Source: Candidatus Saccharimonadota bacterium | GTDB taxonomy: Bacteria; Patescibacteriota; Saccharimonadia; Saccharimonadales; UBA10212 | Length of the DNA stretch: 28,907 nucleotides | Assembly (NCBI GenBank): GCA_043731125.1 | Contig: JAYTJL010000038.1 | Location: 1 to 28,907, forward strand | Direction of reading: 5' to 3' | Position numbers and translations under genes: made by a program | The notes under the pieces: generated by a model | What the model was told of the DNA's origin: nothing | Databases searched by the model: none | Seen by the model: the letters and a program-made list of their open reading frames with translations, nothing else | In this document: positions 25,279 through 28,907 of the stretch, piece after piece | How the letters are laid out: each line of letters begins with the position of its first letter | How positions within the stretch are numbered: position 1 is the first letter of the stretch

Positions 25279-25602
25279 ATGACTTTTGATGATTATCAGA
25301 AGCAGGCACTGGAGACATTGTTGCCTTCTAGTGGCAATATTCCCTATGTCGCACTTGGACTTACAAATGAGGCCGGAGAAGTAGCCGGTAAAGTTAAAAA
25401 ATGGGTACGAGACAATGACAGCGACACAAGCAAACTAGACAAAACGGCCATAGCCGACGAACTTGGGGATGTACTTTGGTATGTGGCAATGTTGGCTCAG
25501 TTGCTAGACGTCCCACTCGAAAGTGTTGCCAAGGGCAATATAGACAAACTGGCCAGCAGGCAGCAGCGTGGTAAATTACAAGGTAGCGGCGACAATCGTT
25601 AG
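25279..25602 (+). CDS. MazG-like nucleoside triphosphate pyrophosphohydrolase
   Basis: [50 protein letters not shown]. Confidence 0.9.
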   Translation: MTFDDYQKQALETLLPSSGNIPYVALGLTNEAGEVAGKVKKWVRDNDSDTSKLDKTAIADELGDVLWYVAMLAQLLDVPLESVAKGNIDKLASRQQRGKLQGSGDNR

Positions 25603-25673
25603 TAGTTAGTAGATAGTGGATTAAGGTTGTATGAACACTCCCCTGTGCCCTACTTACTAGGATACTTGACTAG

Positions 25674-26318
25674 TCAAGTATTGTCCAAGGACCGCCACAG
25701 GTACCAAGCCGCCACTGACTCATATGGAGCCCAATGATGCTTTTTAGACAACAATTTTAAATCTGCCGATTTTGGCATTTTATCAAGGCCATACAATTGC
25801 ATAGCTCCTTTGCGGATGCCGAGGTCACCCACTGGCAATATGTCCAACCGTCCGAGCGAAAATATCATAAACATATGCGCACTCCACTCCCCTATCCCTT
25901 TTACAGAGGTCAGCTGGGCTATAACGGCTTCATTAGGTAGTGTTGCTATGTGCTCCAAGTCTAGTCGGCTGTCTAGTACATGTGCCGCCAAATCTTTGAT
26001 ATATGAAATTTTGGCATAACTAACGCCACAGTCACGGATGGTTTGGTCATCAATTGGGATTAATTGTTCTGGCGTTGGTACGCTTCCACCGAAGAGGTCT
26101 AGTACCCTGCCGTGAATTGTGGCAGCGGCTTTGACGCTGAGCTGCTGAGAAATGATGCTATCTAGCAGTTCTGCGTAGTAGTCTGTATGCGGAGTTATTC
26201 TGCAGTCGCCGTATTTGACTATTACTGGTTTTATGACTGGATCATTAGTTGCTAGGTGTTCTTGGGCGGCTGACAACATAGCTGTGAACTTTTTGGTTTG
26301 GTTTTTTTCGCTGGTCAT
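25674..26318 (-). CDS. alkA: DNA-3-methyladenine glycosylase II (AlkA family)
   Basis: SIISQQLSVKAA, GVSYAK, LTSVKGIGEWSA HhH motif, LPVGDLGIR, WAPYESVAAWYLW. Confidence 0.92.
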   Translation of the reverse strand: MTSEKNQTKKFTAMLSAAQEHLATNDPVIKPVIVKYGDCRITPHTDYYAELLDSIISQQLSVKAAATIHGRVLDLFGGSVPTPEQLIPIDDQTIRDCGVSYAKISYIKDLAAHVLDSRLDLEHIATLPNEAVIAQLTSVKGIGEWSAHMFMIFSLGRLDILPVGDLGIRKGAMQLYGLDKMPKSADLKLLSKKHHWAPYESVAAWYLWRSLDNT

Positions 26319-26445
26319 CTCGTGTTAATATAACACCTAGAAGCAACTAACTATAAGCTAGTAACCCATAACCAATAACTAGGAATTAGCATGTAGTGAA
26401 AGTTATCAGTTACAAATTATAAGTTAACAAGGTGGTAAATAAAAA

Positions 26446-26943
26446 GTGCAACCTAACAATAATTCGCCCGTATCGCCTTCTCCACAACCGCAACCGTCAG
26501 TGAGTCCTATTCACGATGTTCTCTCTCAACCTGTTGATCCTGCTATGGCAAACCTGGAAAGAACTGGGGCGGTTTTCTCAGACCTCTCCCCCGCCAACGA
26601 GCCCGCCAACCCTATTGCTGGTACAGCCGCTCCTCATTCAGGTGCTATACACGAAACATCAGCTGCCGAACAATCGCTGGACGGAGTCCTAAAGCAAGTA
26701 ACAAGCAATATAACGGCAGCACCACCAGCCATGGTACAACCCGCGAAGAAAAAAAGAGGTTTGTTTGGCGGAGGAAAACCAAAAAAACCACACCCGGCAT
26801 CTGCTTCGCATGGACCTACCAAATCTGCTGTGACCAATCCAATTCACCAAGCACCATCAAAACCAAAAAAACCAGTTCTACCTATTGTTTTTGCGGTACT
26901 AGCCGCCACTGGCCTCGGCGCTGCTGCTGTTATGGCCCTCTAG
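26446..26943 (+). CDS. Pro-rich disordered protein with a single C-terminal TM (tail-anchored)
   Basis: P/S/A-rich body, basic KPKKP, then hydrophobic VLPIVFAVLAATGLGAAAVMAL-stop; GTG start. Confidence 0.55.
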   Translation: MQPNNNSPVSPSPQPQPSVSPIHDVLSQPVDPAMANLERTGAVFSDLSPANEPANPIAGTAAPHSGAIHETSAAEQSLDGVLKQVTSNITAAPPAMVQPAKKKRGLFGGGKPKKPHPASASHGPTKSAVTNPIHQAPSKPKKPVLPIVFAVLAATGLGAAAVMAL

Positions 26944-27674
26944 AGATCACAGTCTAGAATGAGGGCTTGATGATCGGAAACTACCTTATCTGATGCATAA
27001 AATTTATTTACTTTGACCTGGTTGTTAACAAAGATATAGTCGCACACTTCGACCTTGTCTGTTAGGTTGGTCCTTGTTGTTGTAAGGTTGTTGGTTGCGC
27101 ATAAGTTGGTAAGAGAATTGTTCAGTAATTCAAGAGACTCGCTCTTGGGCGATAAGTTGAAATCACCCGTTAAAATGACTGGTCCTGATAGTGTATCAAT
27201 GTATTCTTTGATCTGTTGCATTTGACGATATGTATCAGCATTACCGTTCTTATGATCAGGAATATGGTGCCCATGATGAGTAAGGACATGAACTGGCTTA
27301 GAAGAGTGAATTACTTCTGCGTGAACAAGATTCCTGACATTATAATCGTGTGTATTAAAGTCAAAATTATCTTTATGTTCAAGGTTGGTATAGATTACCT
27401 CCGAGCGTTTAATTGGTTCTTTGCTCAGTACGGCATTACCAAACCTAGCTTTACCCTCCATGAATTTAAAACTAAATGCGCCTCCGAATACTGCAGATTG
27501 GTAGTCTAAGTCTCGTTGGATTGCCTCAATATGCAGAAAAAGCGCTGGGTCTGGTTTGTTGAGGCTGACTGCTTCTTGCAAGCATAGGATATCTGCATCC
27601 TCATCTTTCAAGAAGTTAAGAATGTCTTTTGTTAGCTTGCCGCCCCACCATACATTTAGCTGAACAAGCTTCAT
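26940..27674 (-). CDS. Endonuclease/exonuclease/phosphatase (EEP) family protein
   Basis: VQLNVW, DILCLQE, GNAVLS, ILTGDFN, CDYIF, VSDHQAL. Confidence 0.92.
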   Translation of the reverse strand: MKLVQLNVWWGGKLTKDILNFLKDEDADILCLQEAVSLNKPDPALFLHIEAIQRDLDYQSAVFGGAFSFKFMEGKARFGNAVLSKEPIKRSEVIYTNLEHKDNFDFNTHDYNVRNLVHAEVIHSSKPVHVLTHHGHHIPDHKNGNADTYRQMQQIKEYIDTLSGPVILTGDFNLSPKSESLELLNNSLTNLCATNNLTTTRTNLTDKVEVCDYIFVNNQVKVNKFYASDKVVSDHQALILDCDL

Positions 27675-28907
27675 TTACTTGAATTCCTTTCTGAGCCAGT
27701 CGTCTAGACTACCTGCACCGCCACCGCTGAGGCACAATACTAAGTCGCCCGTAGATAGGTGTCTGTTAATGGTGGATTTAAGGTCATCGTTGAGTTCTCT
27801 TGGATGGGCTTTGGCCTTGGAGGTGTCACTGAGCGATCCTATGAGTACTAACGGCGTTAAGACTTCCTGAGCTGGGTCTTCTCTGGCTAGAAAACTTGGC
27901 ACCCAATACAGCTGGTTGACGTTGTCAAAAAGGTATTTGTGAAGGTCTTTAGTGTGGTGCATCCGGCGGTCGGTAAGAGGTTCGTAAACAACCACTAATT
28001 TTTGGTTAGGCTGAAGCGATTCTTTAGCAACATCCAGCGCGCCAGCGATTTTCTCTGGTGTGTGTGCGTAGTCGGAATAAAGATTTTCCACTATTTTTTC
28101 AAAACGTCTTGAAACGCCGGGAAAAATACTCAGGCAAGCAAGTATCTTTTCCATGGGCTCTTTGGTGAGCTTGTGAACAGCGTTTGCTACAAGCCAGGCG
28201 TCTAGTCGATTGTACTTGCCTACCAGTTGTATTTTTTGGCCCGGGTCATCACTACCCAATACTAGGTAAGTGTCATCCGCTTTAACGTTGAGTCTAGCCG
28301 CGTCGTCGTCTAGCATCACTTTCCACTGACTCTGACTTAGGAATTGCAAAAAGGCGGAATTATAGTCATCTTGGGTTGGAAAAATCTCGTGGTGATCCCA
28401 GCTAATTCCAGAAAGCACAGAAACATAAGGGTGAAATGCTAGGAAATTTCGATCAAATTCATCGCATTCGTAAATGAAATACTCACTACTGGGCTCAAAA
28501 TGGCCAATATCACCAAAACTCAACTTTACTCCCACCGAATAACTGATCGGAATATTCAGTTGCTTGAATACCCAAATAGCCATTGCTGTAGTCGTTGTTT
28601 TTCCGTGTGTACCAGCAATTGCAAAAAGCTTTAGATTATTTTGCGACAAAATCTCATTCAGTAGACTATCGCGTTTAGTCATTTTAATGCCGTTTGCCTT
28701 ACAAAATTCAAATTCCGGATGATTGGGGTATTCTTTCTCTACCGCTGAACTGTATACATACCAATCAATAGGGTTTTTAGCATGGGCATTGGATATATAT
28801 TCATCGCTCACCCCTATCCCCACGTCTTGAATGCCGTTTAGGGCGAGAAGTTGTAGATAAGGACTGCCATCTGCTTTGTCAGACCCACTCACCGTATTGC
28901 CAGTCTG
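27675..28907 (-). CDS. murC: UDP-N-acetylmuramate--L-alanine ligase (MurC/Mpl family), 5'-truncated by the window edge
   Basis: VSGSD, VYSSAV, AIAGTHGKTTTT, ECDEFDRNF, WDHHEIF, GVSRRFE, DYAHTP; the frame is open to the window end. Confidence 0.8.
   Translation of the reverse strand, partial: QTGNTVSGSDKADGSPYLQLLALNGIQDVGIGVSDEYISNAHAKNPIDWYVYSSAVEKEYPNHPEFEFCKANGIKMTKRDSLLNEILSQNNLKLFAIAGTHGKTTTTAMAIWVFKQLNIPISYSVGVKLSFGDIGHFEPSSEYFIYECDEFDRNFLAFHPYVSVLSGISWDHHEIFPTQDDYNSAFLQFLSQSQWKVMLDDDAARLNVKADDTYLVLGSDDPGQKIQLVGKYNRLDAWLVANAVHKLTKEPMEKILACLSIFPGVSRRFEKIVENLYSDYAHTPEKIAGALDVAKESLQPNQKLVVVYEPLTDRRMHHTKDLHKYLFDNVNQLYWVPSFLAREDPAQEVLTPLVLIGSLSDTSKAKAHPRELNDDLKSTINRHLSTGDLVLCLSGGGAGSLDDWLRKEFK

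Noticed and set aside
1221-27870. Numerous 60-130 aa antisense or nested ORFs in the ORF track (e.g. 1221-1613, 10469-10834, 15603-15983, 20914-21246, 25810-26019)
   Set aside because: All lie opposite or within well-supported genes and show no motifs; they are expected shadow ORFs.
1-28907. Alternative genetic code 25 (TGA=Gly)
   Set aside because: Conserved proteins are full length under code 11, and the CBS gene ends in TGA at 20092-20094 at a sensible position.

Overview
A 28.9 kb chromosomal window of a compact bacterial genome. It is most consistent with Patescibacteria/CPR, probably Saccharibacteria-like. This is an inference from dense gene packing, many lineage-type hypotheticals, mixed leaderless/SD initiation and heptamer intergenic repeats. 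TGA is used as a stop (code 11). About 29 CDS are supported. They include a GtrA-like flippase, a truncated LexA-like regulator, ExoD, a secreted DPBB protein, an ABC-2 exporter, an HNH protein, a thiol-redox module (Trx, CcdA/DipZ, glutaredoxin), uppP, a Kef-type antiporter, NRAMP, DsbA, two carbonic-anhydrase-like genes, CNNM/CBS, a non-discriminating aspS, tsaC/sua5, MazG-like, alkA, an EEP phosphatase and a partial murC. The most notable signals are non-coding. (1) A tRNA-Asn(GTT) is split inside its anticodon by a 236-nt ORF-less group I intron and is preceded by a free-standing HNH gene and a structured leader. (2) A ~4.2 kb integrase-less island after that tRNA is bounded by a 23-bp direct repeat. 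(3) A variant cobalamin riboswitch with kissing loop and terminator sits directly in front of a 464-aa zinc-ribbon protein of unknown function. (4) Several intergenic 7-nt-period repeat tracts occur. All family calls are by motif recognition; no database searches were run.
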